Counted from the stretch's first letter, positions 19,705 to 29,019 are shown. The stretch: 64,000 nt of DNA from Pseudomonadales bacterium (GCA_965222065.1 OZ244933.1:1586924-1650923); one strand, 5' to 3'. Numbers and translations are program-made. The notes: generated by a model not told the origin, from the letters alone.

Positions 19705-21071
19705 TGATTGAGCTAATCCCCATATTCCTGTTTGTGGTGATCTGCCTGCTGCTAATGCTGGGCTTTCCCGTTGCATTCACCCTGGCCGGTACCGCCCTGG
19801 TATTTGCCGCTTTCGGCATTATCGGCGGCATTTTTGATCCCAATCTCCTCAAGGCCATGCCGGATCGTTTGTTCGGCACCATGAGCAATGACACGCTGAT
19901 CGCGATCCCCCTGTTTGTCCTGATGGGGATCCTGCTGGAAAAATCCCGCCTGGCAGAAGAACTGCTGGAAAATATGTCCAAGGCGTTCGGGCGTTTTCCC
20001 GGTGGACTGAGTATCTCGGTCATTATTGTCGGCATGCTCCTGGCGGCATCCACCGGCATTGTTGGCGCCACGGTGGTGGCCATGGGTTTGATGTCCCTGC
20101 CCACGATGCTGAAACGCGGTTTTGACCCGCGCTTTGCCACCGGCACTATTTGTGCCACGGGCACACTGGGCCAGATTATTCCACCATCAATCGCCCTGGT
20201 ATTGCTTGGCGATATTATTTCCAACGCCTATCAACAGGCCCAGCTGCGCACCGGGGTTTTCAATACCCAGACGGTCAGCGTCGGAGACCTTTTTATTGGC
20301 GCCATTATTCCCGGCCTGCTGCTGGTCGCCGGTTATCTGGCCTATGTCATTATCATCGCGCAACTCCACCCCGAAAAAGCACCTCCGGCCAAAGACCTGG
20401 GCAAGCTAAGTCGAACTGAACTGATAAAAAGCCTGACCCCACCCATTGGCCTGATCGTTCTGGTACTTGGTTCCATTATCACAGGTGTGGCGACACCTAC
20501 CGAGGCCGCCGGGGTCGGTGCGCTGGGAGCATTGCTGCTGTCCATGGCAAAAGGCCGTATGTCACTTTCCCGATTGCAGGAATCACTTCTGAGTACCGTC
20601 GAGACGACCACCATGATCTTCATGATCCTGATCGGGGCTTCCCTGTTTTCGCTGGTGTTCCGAGGATTTGGCGGGGAAGAATTAATTCACTCCATGTTCC
20701 TGAATATGCCAGGCGGTGTCATCACGGCCGTCGTTATCGTAATGCTGGTGATTTTTATCCTCGGCTTTATCCTGGACTTTATTGAAATCACTTTTGTCGT
20801 GGTACCTATTATTGGCCCAGTGCTACTGATGATGGGGTTAGACCCGATCTGGCTTGCCATCATGATCGCCATCAACCTGCAAACCTCGTTTCTCACTCCA
20901 CCCTTTGGTTTCGCGCTCTTTTACCTGCGAGGAGTTTGCGGAGAAGACATCCAGACCAAACATATTTATCAGGGCGTGATACCCTTCATTGGCATCCAGC
21001 TGGCCGTGCTTCTGGCACTGGCAATCTGGCCGCAATTAGCCACCTGGTTGCCATCTGTCACTAACCCCTGA
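19704..21071 (+). CDS. TRAP transporter large permease subunit (DctM family)
   Basis: 455 aa polytopic protein with a typical DctM sequence (LMGILLEKS, ATGTLGQIIPPS, FGFALFYLRG). Confidence 0.9.
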   Translation: MIELIPIFLFVVICLLLMLGFPVAFTLAGTALVFAAFGIIGGIFDPNLLKAMPDRLFGTMSNDTLIAIPLFVLMGILLEKSRLAEELLENMSKAFGRFPGGLSISVIIVGMLLAASTGIVGATVVAMGLMSLPTMLKRGFDPRFATGTICATGTLGQIIPPSIALVLLGDIISNAYQQAQLRTGVFNTQTVSVGDLFIGAIIPGLLLVAGYLAYVIIIAQLHPEKAPPAKDLGKLSRTELIKSLTPPIGLIVLVLGSIITGVATPTEAAGVGALGALLLSMAKGRMSLSRLQESLLSTVETTTMIFMILIGASLFSLVFRGFGGEELIHSMFLNMPGGVITAVVIVMLVIFILGFILDFIEITFVVVPIIGPVLLMMGLDPIWLAIMIAINLQTSFLTPPFGFALFYLRGVCGEDIQTKHIYQGVIPFIGIQLAVLLALAIWPQLATWLPSVTNP

Positions 21072-21073
21072 GC

Positions 21074-22492
21074 ATGACTGATACCAAAGAGCCGCAAAAA
21101 AAACTTCCCTCTCTAACGCACGCCATCATCTGCCTTCTGGGGCTTTTTCTGTGGATCGCCTTTGGGCTGTTTATTCTGGATGCCGGCTTGCATGGTGTCC
21201 TTATGCTAGGCCTTGTCTGGGTGGCCAGTAACGCGCTGATTCTCGCACCCAGTTACCACCAGATACGTGAAGCGATGTTATCGGGTGCCAGTCGTGCCAT
21301 GCCTGCCATGTTTATTTTCCTACTCATTGGCATCGTTATCGTGACCTTCATCCAGGCTGGAACCATAGGCACACTGATTTACTACGGTCTGGAGTTTATG
21401 CATCCCGGTATTGTGCTTCCCGCCGGATTAATCCTGTGCAGTCTGATGTCCATGGCTGTGGGAACGTCCTGGGGAACCGTCGCCACCGGCGGGATTGTAC
21501 TTCTGGGCGTCGGCGGTGCCATGGGCATTCCCCTGCCAATTATTGCCGGTATGGTGATCTCCGGTGCCAGTTTTGGTGACAAGATGTCGCCAGTCTCGGA
21601 TACCACCAACCTGTCAGCACTTTCGGCCGAAACGGATCTCTACCAGCATATCCGCAGCATGGCGTACACCACGGGACCGACCTATCTGATCGTGCTGGTG
21701 ATCTTTAGCTGGATTGGCTGGGGATACACCGATCAGGCGTTACCGCAAGAACGGCTCGATATGTTGCTGAACGGTCTCGAACAGGCATTCACTATCAATG
21801 TATTAATGTTGTTGCCGCTGGTCGTTCTGTTTGTCCTGGCGATGAAACGAGTACCCGCCGAAGCCGCCATGATGATCTCGTCACTGACGGCCGGGTTGAT
21901 GGCTATCCTGTTCCAGGAGCGAACACTGGAGCAGGTGGTAACCGGCTTTTATACCGGTGCAACTGTCTCGACGCAGGTCGACACATTGGATACCTTGCTT
22001 AATCGCGGCGGCATCGGCGATATGACCTGGACGTACACCCTGGCCGTCATCGCTATTTCTCTGGGTGCAATCCTGGAGAAGTTTGGCTTCCTGCGTGTTC
22101 TGCTTGAATTTCTGCTCCAGCGAATCAAGCGGCGGGGTACGCTGGTGGCGTCGACCATCATGACTGCCTTTGCCAGCAACCTGGCCATTGCCGAGTCCTA
22201 CATCAGTATTATTTTGACCGGGCAGTTATACAAAAAGTCCTTTGACGATCAGGGGCTGGATCGCTCTGTCTTGTCTCGTTCACTGGAAGAAGGCAGCACT
22301 TTGCTGACTGCCCTGATTCCCTGGACCACGACCGGCGTTTTTTATGCATCCACGTTGGGTGTACCTACCCTGGAATATATCCAGTGGTCATTTTTAAACT
22401 GGATAAACCCGTTGATGGGGATTTTATTTGCCTGCCTGGGCATCGGGATGTTCCGGAGAAAATCGGGGACCGAAAGAACGTGGACAGAGTAA
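21074..22492 (+). CDS. Na+/H+ antiporter NhaC family protein
   Basis: 472 aa polytopic protein. NhaC-family features include SFGDKMSPVSDTTNL. Starts 2 nt after the dctM stop. Confidence 0.8.
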   Translation: MTDTKEPQKKLPSLTHAIICLLGLFLWIAFGLFILDAGLHGVLMLGLVWVASNALILAPSYHQIREAMLSGASRAMPAMFIFLLIGIVIVTFIQAGTIGTLIYYGLEFMHPGIVLPAGLILCSLMSMAVGTSWGTVATGGIVLLGVGGAMGIPLPIIAGMVISGASFGDKMSPVSDTTNLSALSAETDLYQHIRSMAYTTGPTYLIVLVIFSWIGWGYTDQALPQERLDMLLNGLEQAFTINVLMLLPLVVLFVLAMKRVPAEAAMMISSLTAGLMAILFQERTLEQVVTGFYTGATVSTQVDTLDTLLNRGGIGDMTWTYTLAVIAISLGAILEKFGFLRVLLEFLLQRIKRRGTLVASTIMTAFASNLAIAESYISIILTGQLYKKSFDDQGLDRSVLSRSLEEGSTLLTALIPWTTTGVFYASTLGVPTLEYIQWSFLNWINPLMGILFACLGIGMFRRKSGTERTWTE

Positions 22493-22510
22493 AAATTTAC
22501 TCTGACCCCC
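22485..22510. repeat. REP-like palindromic element, copy 1 (CAGAGTAAA-aa-TTTACTCTGACCCC); probable bidirectional terminator
   Basis: 9-bp perfect hairpin. The left arm includes the last nhaC codons and the stop (tgg aca gag taa). It shares 9+14 nt exactly with the copy at 23742-23771 and lies between the convergent nhaC and TRAP SBP genes. Confidence 0.75.
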
Positions 22511-22521
22511 GGATTTATAAA

Positions 22522-23688
22522 TCAGTCTGTCTCTTGCAGTGACTCACGATAGTCATACATGGCTTTCTCGGAGATTTGCAGCCACTCGTAAGTCATCTCC
22601 TGGAATTCCGTGTACTGCTCATAGATACGGGCAAAATCCTCGTTTCGAGCCGATTCTTCCTCGTAATATTCATCGGCATGACGCTTAAGCTCGTTCAGGA
22701 CATCTGTAGGCAAGGGTCGGGGCTCAATGCCCGAGGCGCGCAGATCCCGAAGTGCCTGGGCATTGCGCGCCGTATATTCCGCCAGCATGTCTGCATTGAC
22801 CGCATCGGCCGCCACACGCACGATGGCCTGCAAGTCTTCTGGCAGGCTGTCCCAGGCGGTTTCGTTAACGATGAATTCCAGCATGGCCTCGGGCTCGTGC
22901 CAGGCGGGCGTGTAGTAATATTCACCCACTTCATTAAGGCCGAACGACCGGTCGTTATAGGGGCCCACCCACTCTGTAGCATCAATTACGCCAGTCTGCA
23001 TGGAGGTGTAGAGTTCACCGCCAGGGATATTCACCGACGTACCTCCTGCCCGTGAAAACACCTCCCCGGCAATGCCTGGAATTCGCATTTTCAGGCCGCG
23101 AAAATCCTCGATGGAATTGAGCTCCCGGTTAAACCAGCCCGCCATCTGGATGCCGGTATTTCCACCCGGAAAAGGGATGACATTCAGCGGTTCATAAATC
23201 TCGCGCCACAATTCCAGCCCACCGCCGTAGTAGATCCAGGCGTTGTGCTCAAGAACATTCATGCCAAAGGGAATCGCGGAAAAGAAGGGCGCTGCCGGAA
23301 TCTTGCCCTTGTGATAATAGGCGCCCGAATGACCCATTTCGACACTGCCGGTAGAAACGGCATCGAACACCCCCAGGGCGGGTACCAGCTCTCCTGCACC
23401 ATAGACATGCACCTGCAACCGCCCCCCACTCATCTCATCGACCATCGCGGCAAATTTTTCCGGGCCCATGCCAAGTCCGGGGAAATTCTTCGGCCAGGAC
23501 GTCACCAGACGCCAGTTAAATTCCTGCCGGGTCGAGCCATCTTCACTGGCAACCGATGTGCTGCGTTCATAGCGGGTGGCACGTTCACTGGCGAACAGGC
23601 CGGCAAACAGCACGGTGCTGGCCACCAGTGCCAGAATAAGTAGCGGGCTCCAGTTAATGGCACCCCGTTGATTGTTATGTCGATCCAA
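22522..23688 (-). CDS. TRAP transporter substrate-binding protein (DctP-type, COG4663-like)
   Basis: 388 aa with an N-terminal membrane anchor/signal and a sequence typical of TRAP periplasmic binding proteins (WPKNFPGLG, YYHKGKIPAA, GGNTGxQMGGW-like). TTG start preceded by GGGAGGGG. Confidence 0.85.
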   Translation of the reverse strand: MDRHNNQRGAINWSPLLILALVASTVLFAGLFASERATRYERSTSVASEDGSTRQEFNWRLVTSWPKNFPGLGMGPEKFAAMVDEMSGGRLQVHVYGAGELVPALGVFDAVSTGSVEMGHSGAYYHKGKIPAAPFFSAIPFGMNVLEHNAWIYYGGGLELWREIYEPLNVIPFPGGNTGIQMAGWFNRELNSIEDFRGLKMRIPGIAGEVFSRAGGTSVNIPGGELYTSMQTGVIDATEWVGPYNDRSFGLNEVGEYYYTPAWHEPEAMLEFIVNETAWDSLPEDLQAIVRVAADAVNADMLAEYTARNAQALRDLRASGIEPRPLPTDVLNELKRHADEYYEEESARNEDFARIYEQYTEFQEMTYEWLQISEKAMYDYRESLQETD

Positions 23689-23741
23689 GGTTTTCCCCTC
23701 CCGAAATCAGCCGCCAATCTTACACCTTTGATAAAACATTG

Positions 23742-23771
23742 GGGGTCAGAGTAAATCTTTACTCTGACCCC
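23742..23771. repeat. REP-like palindromic element, copy 2 (GGGGTCAGAGTAAA-tc-TTTACTCTGACCCC)
   Basis: Perfect 14-bp inverted repeat with a 2-nt loop. It lies downstream of uvrD and about 54 nt upstream of the TRAP SBP start. Confidence 0.8.
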
Positions 23772-23904
23772 AGCTTTCTTGTTTGGCTGAGCGAGCAATG
23801 TTTGAGACAAGGCGTAAGCAGCGCAGAAGGCGAGACATATCTAGTAGATAGGCGAGCCTGCGAGCAGCGCACAACGCAGTCTCAGGCATGCGCAGCCAGC
23901 CAAA

Positions 23905-26067
23905 TTAAACGGCCTCAAGCTTGGCGTAGGACAGCACCAACCACTTCGTCCCTTCCGATTCAAAATTCACCTGGACCCGAGCGTGAGCCCCGTCACCTTC
24001 CAGATTCAAAATCATGCCCTCGCCAAATTTGGGGTGGGTGACCCTTTGTCCAAGACTAAAGCCCGTATCATCTTCACGCTGCTGTGCGGTGAGGATGGGC
24101 TTTGGCTGCGCCCTGTGACCGGAAAAACCGGTGGAAAATCGCACTTCCTGCACCAGCTCCGCAGGCAAATCGCGAGCAAACCGGCTGATGGCATTGTAAC
24201 GCTCATCACCGTATATCTGACGACACTCGGCATAAGTAAGCACCAACTTTTCCATCGCGCGGGTAATGCCTACATACGCCAGGCGACGCTCTTCTTCCAG
24301 ACGACCCGGCTCTTCCGCAGACATGGCATGCGGAAACAAACCCTCTTCCATACCGGCCAGGAACACCAGTGGAAATTCCAGACCTTTGGCCGAGTGCAGG
24401 GTCATCATTTGCACGGCATCCTCATTTTCGTCAGCCTGGGTATCTCCGGCATCCAGTGCCGCATCAGCCAAAAATTGCGGCAGGGCGTCAGCATCCGGGT
24501 CTTCTGGCGTGTAAGAATTACAGGCACTCACCAGTTCATAAAGGTTTTCAGCGCGCGTCTGGCCACGTTCGCCTTTTTCAGCCTTGTGGAAATCCAGCAG
24601 ACCCGTCATGTCCAGTACCTGATCCACCATTTCGGATAGCTTCAGGCCCTCAAAGCTGGCACTGAGGTTATTGACCAAATCGATAAACCCGTAAAGCGCA
24701 TTGGAAGCGCGGGCAGGCAACAGTTTTTTATCGATCATCTTCAGGCTGGCCGCCCAAAGTGAGCTTTGGTCTTCGCGTGCCAGCTGCCGTATTTGCTCCA
24801 GGGTACGGTCGCCGATACCACGAGTAGGGGTGTTAATCACCCGCTCAAAAGCGGCATCGTTGTCGCGGTTTTCTGTCAGGCGCAAGTAGGCCAGGGCATT
24901 GCGGATTTCCAGCCGTTCATAAAAACGCTGCCCGCCATAGATGCGATAGGGAATACCCAGCCTGAGCAGGGATTCCTCCAGCACACGTGACTGGGCATTG
25001 GAGCGATACAAAATGGCGCAGTCGCGGCGGAAATTACCCCGATCAATCCAGCGATTCAGGTACTCGGCAATAAACCGTGCTTCGTCTTTTTCATTAAAAC
25101 CGGCATAGAGGGAAATGGGATCGCCGTCTTCAGCTTCGGTCCAAAGATTCTTGCCGAGCCGCCCGGAATTGCGGGCAATGACGGCATTCGCCCCTTTCAG
25201 AATCGTACCGGTAGAACGGTAATTCTGCTCCAGGCGTACTGTATGGGTACCCGGAAAGTGTTTCTCGAAATTCTGGATATTTTCAATCCTGGCCCCGCGC
25301 CAGCCATAGATAGACTGGTCGTCGTCGCCCACCACGCCGACCGACGCGACATCGCCGGCCAACACCCTCAGCCAGGCGTACTGGATACTGTTGGTGTCCT
25401 GGAACTCGTCGACCAGAATGGTGTGAAATCGCCCCTGATAATGCTTTAGCAATTCGGGATCTTTCAGCCAGAGTTCATGGCTGCGCAATAACAATTCAGC
25501 AAAGTCGACAAAACCGCTCTGGTTACAGGTGTCTTCATAGGCCTGATAGATCTTGAGCATGGTCTGCACAAAAGGATCGTGACCGGGATCAATGTGTTTG
25601 GCTCGCAGCCCCTCATCCTTCTGTTCATTAATAAACCATTGTGCCTGTCTGGTGGGCCAGCGTTTTTCATCCAATCCCAATGTATTGATGATGCGTTTAA
25701 GCACCCGCTGCTGATCATCACTGTCGAGAATCTGGAAATGTTGCGGCAACCCGGCTTCCTGCCAATGCTGGGAGAGGAGCCTGTTGGCTATGCCATGAAA
25801 TGTCCCTACCCACATGGCGCGCGTGTTAATACCCAGCATCTGCTCAACCCGGCCACGCATTTCCCTGGCCGCTTTATTCGTAAACGTCACCGCCAATATG
25901 CCCTGAGGCGACTGCCCCATAACATCGATCACCCAGGCCATGCGATGCACGAGAACCCGCGTCTTGCCGGAACCCGCACCCGCCAGCACCAGCAAGTGTC
26001 TGGAGTCGGATGTGACTGCCTCGCGCTGGGCATCGTTCAGGCCGTCTAGAATCGGGGTGATATCCAT
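23905..26067 (-). CDS. uvrD: DNA helicase II
   Basis: 720 aa with the UvrD/Rep motifs AGAGSGKT, VDEFQDTN, QNYRS, TLHSAKGLEF and VGITRA. Confidence 0.95.
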   Translation of the reverse strand: MDITPILDGLNDAQREAVTSDSRHLLVLAGAGSGKTRVLVHRMAWVIDVMGQSPQGILAVTFTNKAAREMRGRVEQMLGINTRAMWVGTFHGIANRLLSQHWQEAGLPQHFQILDSDDQQRVLKRIINTLGLDEKRWPTRQAQWFINEQKDEGLRAKHIDPGHDPFVQTMLKIYQAYEDTCNQSGFVDFAELLLRSHELWLKDPELLKHYQGRFHTILVDEFQDTNSIQYAWLRVLAGDVASVGVVGDDDQSIYGWRGARIENIQNFEKHFPGTHTVRLEQNYRSTGTILKGANAVIARNSGRLGKNLWTEAEDGDPISLYAGFNEKDEARFIAEYLNRWIDRGNFRRDCAILYRSNAQSRVLEESLLRLGIPYRIYGGQRFYERLEIRNALAYLRLTENRDNDAAFERVINTPTRGIGDRTLEQIRQLAREDQSSLWAASLKMIDKKLLPARASNALYGFIDLVNNLSASFEGLKLSEMVDQVLDMTGLLDFHKAEKGERGQTRAENLYELVSACNSYTPEDPDADALPQFLADAALDAGDTQADENEDAVQMMTLHSAKGLEFPLVFLAGMEEGLFPHAMSAEEPGRLEEERRLAYVGITRAMEKLVLTYAECRQIYGDERYNAISRFARDLPAELVQEVRFSTGFSGHRAQPKPILTAQQREDDTGFSLGQRVTHPKFGEGMILNLEGDGAHARVQVNFESEGTKWLVLSYAKLEAV

Positions 26068-26099
26068 GAAATAACGCTAAATCGGGTTCGTGAAAAGAA

Positions 26100-26115
26100 C
26101 TGTAAGTTTATACAG
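26100..26115 (-). promoter_or_regulatory. LexA (SOS) box CTGT-N8-ACAG upstream of uvrD
   Basis: ctgtaagtttatacag sits about 33 nt upstream of the uvrD start codon and matches the gammaproteobacterial CTGT-N8-ACAG core. uvrD is an SOS gene in E. coli. Confidence 0.6.
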
Positions 26116-26192
26116 ATTGCGGCGGGGTTTTAACCCGCGCACGGAAATTGTTAAATGGTGATCTTCCCCGGTTTTCGAGGCAACCTGCATAC

Positions 26193-27251
26193 ATGGTATT
26201 TTCAACACTAGCGCTGCTGGACCTGGTATTTAGGTCAGCAGCAATCGGACAACTGGTTTTGTTGGCAGGTATTGGACTTAATCCTAAGCCAGCCACAGAA
26301 GGAAGACTGCTCAAGCTTCTTGCCGTAGTCTGTAGCATCGCCTATTTGTTGCTTACGGCACCTATACCCGATGCAGCCTATGGTGTATTTCGCAACGTGC
26401 TTCTGGTACTGACAGACGCCTGGGCCTATGCGCTCTGGCTGGTAGCTATGTACCAGTTTCAGGCGCAGTTTTCCGTTCGCCATATGCCTTTTTGGGCGAT
26501 TCCTGTCGTAACGACTTGGCTTGGCTGGCATGTGTATTTTTTCGGGTACCTGGGTGGAAACGGAACGTACCACCATATCAATCATGGGCTGGCCATCCTG
26601 GTTTTGTTGCATCTGATATATACCATCCTGAAGGGGCTTTCTGACGATCTGGTGGATAGCCGACGACGTTTGCGTTTTGTGCTTTGCGGGGCATTGGCGG
26701 CCTATGGTGCCATGCTTGCCATCGATCAGTTATGGCTGGGTCGACTGCTCCAGGACAACACCCTCAGCCTGGTGAACTCGGCCCTTGTTTTTGCCGGTGT
26801 CACGTTGTTTAGCCTGTACCTCTCGAGAGCCGGTAACACGCTGGAATTAGCAACACCGATCGTTGATTCTGAAAAACCAAATCCGGCATCCCTTCCCCCG
26901 GAATACCAAGCGCTCAATACTGCGCTGGATGCGTTTATTGCCCGAGGTGATTACTCACAACCTGATCTGGATATAGCCTCCTTGGCTACGCAGCTTGGTG
27001 GCAAAGAACACAAGCTACGCCGGCTAATCAACCGACAGCTAGGCTTTCAAAACTTTAGCGTTTTTCTCAACCATCTGCGTATCCAGCAAGCCTGTAAATG
27101 GCTGGCCTCGCCAGAACATCTTTCCACGCCGATTATGAATATCGCACTGGATTTGGGTTACGGCTCTATCGGACCTTTCAATCGCGCTTTCAAACACTCT
27201 ACGGGGCTTACGCCTACACAATATCGGGCCAAATTTCAGAATCGGCGATAG
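26193..27251 (+). CDS. AraC family transcriptional regulator with N-terminal multi-TM domain
   Basis: The C-terminal approximately 100 aa is an AraC-type HTH (LRIQQACKWL..., GYGSIGPFNRAFKHSTGLTPTQYR). The N-terminal approximately 220 aa contains about 6-7 hydrophobic helices. The start is uncertain (26148 or 26193). Confidence 0.8.
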   Translation: MVFSTLALLDLVFRSAAIGQLVLLAGIGLNPKPATEGRLLKLLAVVCSIAYLLLTAPIPDAAYGVFRNVLLVLTDAWAYALWLVAMYQFQAQFSVRHMPFWAIPVVTTWLGWHVYFFGYLGGNGTYHHINHGLAILVLLHLIYTILKGLSDDLVDSRRRLRFVLCGALAAYGAMLAIDQLWLGRLLQDNTLSLVNSALVFAGVTLFSLYLSRAGNTLELATPIVDSEKPNPASLPPEYQALNTALDAFIARGDYSQPDLDIASLATQLGGKEHKLRRLINRQLGFQNFSVFLNHLRIQQACKWLASPEHLSTPIMNIALDLGYGSIGPFNRAFKHSTGLTPTQYRAKFQNRR

Positions 27252-27346
27252 GTTTTCAGAATCGGCAAGATTTTTCTCCAGATAAAACAGACGCTTACCC
27301 AATACCCACCGGGGCAAAGGTTTCGTTTTTTATTTGGAGATTCATC

Positions 27347-27877
27347 ATGAAATCATTTTTTATAACCGCTTTCTTTTTACTGTTTACATCACTGGCTTCA
27401 GCCCAGAGCTTTTACTCGCTTCCTGACTATCAGGAATTTGGCCAATCAGTTTCTGTCACCGAGACTCAGGAGCTGGATGCGTTTATGTCTGAATTTTTGC
27501 AGGCTTGGCGCACCCAGGATGCCCAGGCCCTTGCCGCTTTACATACCCCGAATGTCGAATGGATCAATGCGTTTGGCCGAACCTTCAGAGGCAGAGAAAA
27601 TCTTGAACATTTTTTTGCGCACGTTCTTTTTCCCAACTTTTCACCAGAGGAATGGCAAGCTGCCATAGATTCCTATCGACCAATTTCCAGGCATTTTTTG
27701 GGTAACGTCGTCGTGATGAATAGCCAATTACACAGCTCCCCTGGTTCCGCCATGGACGGGAATCAACGGCGGACCTCCCTAAACTTTGTGTTAATTAAGC
27801 AAGCGGGGCAATGGCAAATAGCCCAGCAGGTTATCTCGGACATCAGACCGCGCCGGGATTCCACCAGGCTGGACTAA
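27347..27877 (+). CDS. secreted NTF2-like (SnoaL/DUF4440-type) protein
   Basis: Signal peptide MKSFFITAFFLLFTSLASAQS. FLQAWRTQDAQALAALHTPNVEWINAFG is typical of SgcJ/EcaC/DUF4440 proteins. Confidence 0.6.
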   Translation: MKSFFITAFFLLFTSLASAQSFYSLPDYQEFGQSVSVTETQELDAFMSEFLQAWRTQDAQALAALHTPNVEWINAFGRTFRGRENLEHFFAHVLFPNFSPEEWQAAIDSYRPISRHFLGNVVVMNSQLHSSPGSAMDGNQRRTSLNFVLIKQAGQWQIAQQVISDIRPRRDSTRLD

Positions 27878-27945
27878 CAAAACCAGACAACATTGCCTTT
27901 CCGGTTATACTTCCTTTTTCAGGCTGGGATAGCGAAGGACAGTCA

Positions 27946-28170
27946 ATGCTGGAACTACGCCCAAATTGCGAACGCTGCGACAAGGATTTGCCTCCGGAAT
28001 CCCCGGAGGCTGTTATTTGTTCCTTTGAATGCACATTTTGCGCCTCGTGCGCTGAGACTGTTTTCAATAACAGCTGCCCAAATTGCGGGGGAAATTTTGT
28101 ACCACGGCCTGTACGCCCCCAGGAAGCCTTGAAGAAAAATCCCGCCTCAACGAAACGCGTTTTAAAATAA
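27946..28170 (+). CDS. DUF1272 Cys-rich zinc-ribbon protein
   Basis: 74 aa, MLELRPNCERCDKDLPPES...CSFECTFCASC...CPNCGG, the characteristic DUF1272 pattern. Confidence 0.65.
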   Translation: MLELRPNCERCDKDLPPESPEAVICSFECTFCASCAETVFNNSCPNCGGNFVPRPVRPQEALKKNPASTKRVLK

Positions 28171-28194
28171 AACGGTTGCTCGGCAATTAACAGA

Positions 28195-28647
28195 ATGAAA
28201 ACAATCAGAAATATTTTCCTTAGGAGCCCTAAATACGACGGCATCAGGCCAATAAATATTTATTTTATGCGCCTGATTTACGTGTTGATGTTCTTTGTTT
28301 TGGGACAGGAGGTTTGGGGCTATATCTTGTCCCACCCCGGCCCATGGGGCGAAAACGAAGCCGTTGCCTGGAGTGTTTGGGCCGCATTTTCGACTTTGGC
28401 ACTTTTGGGCATATTCAGGTCGGTACAAATGATTCCGATCCTGCTTCTGGAAATATTTTACAAAGTGCTTTGGCTTATTCTGGTTGTCTATCCGCTTTGG
28501 GTATCTGACAAATTGAGCGGATCCGGCGTTGAGGAAACCGCTTTTGCCTTCATGCTTGTAGTTCTACCTATTTTGGCCGTTCCCTGGGGATATGTAGTGA
28601 ACAGATATATTCTTGGCAGACAATTTACGGAACCAAAAACCAAATAA
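28195..28647 (+). CDS. hypothetical membrane protein
   Basis: 150 aa, about 4 TM segments, AT-richer than the surroundings. No recognisable motif. Confidence 0.5.
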   Translation: MKTIRNIFLRSPKYDGIRPINIYFMRLIYVLMFFVLGQEVWGYILSHPGPWGENEAVAWSVWAAFSTLALLGIFRSVQMIPILLLEIFYKVLWLILVVYPLWVSDKLSGSGVEETAFAFMLVVLPILAVPWGYVVNRYILGRQFTEPKTK

Positions 28648-28662
28648 AGTAAACGGACAATT

Positions 28663-29019
28663 GTGAATAAGCTTGCCATCCTGATTACCCTGTTTTTACT
28701 GACTTTGGTCGATGGATTTGCAGGGCAATATTTCTACCCCGGAGAAAGTTTCCCGCCCATTACTCCCTGGTTTAGCTTTGCTTATGCGTTTCTGGGTTTT
28801 TGCTGGTACCACGTCGATACAAACGAACGAAATTACAAAAGAACCATTCTTTTAAACATTGGAATAATCGGCTTTGGTTTTATTGCGTTTCCGTACTACT
28901 TTTTTCGAAGTCGTGGCTTAAAGAAAGGAGCTCTGGCTACATTTTGGCTTTTGATCGTTATTGCTTCATGGGCGGGCGCCTTTTACCTGGGGACAAGTAT
29001 CGCCCTGATCGCACAATAA
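28663..29019 (+). CDS. hypothetical membrane protein
   Basis: 118 aa, GTG start, about 4 TM segments. No recognisable motif. Confidence 0.5.
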   Translation: MNKLAILITLFLLTLVDGFAGQYFYPGESFPPITPWFSFAYAFLGFCWYHVDTNERNYKRTILLNIGIIGFGFIAFPYYFFRSRGLKKGALATFWLLIVIASWAGAFYLGTSIALIAQ

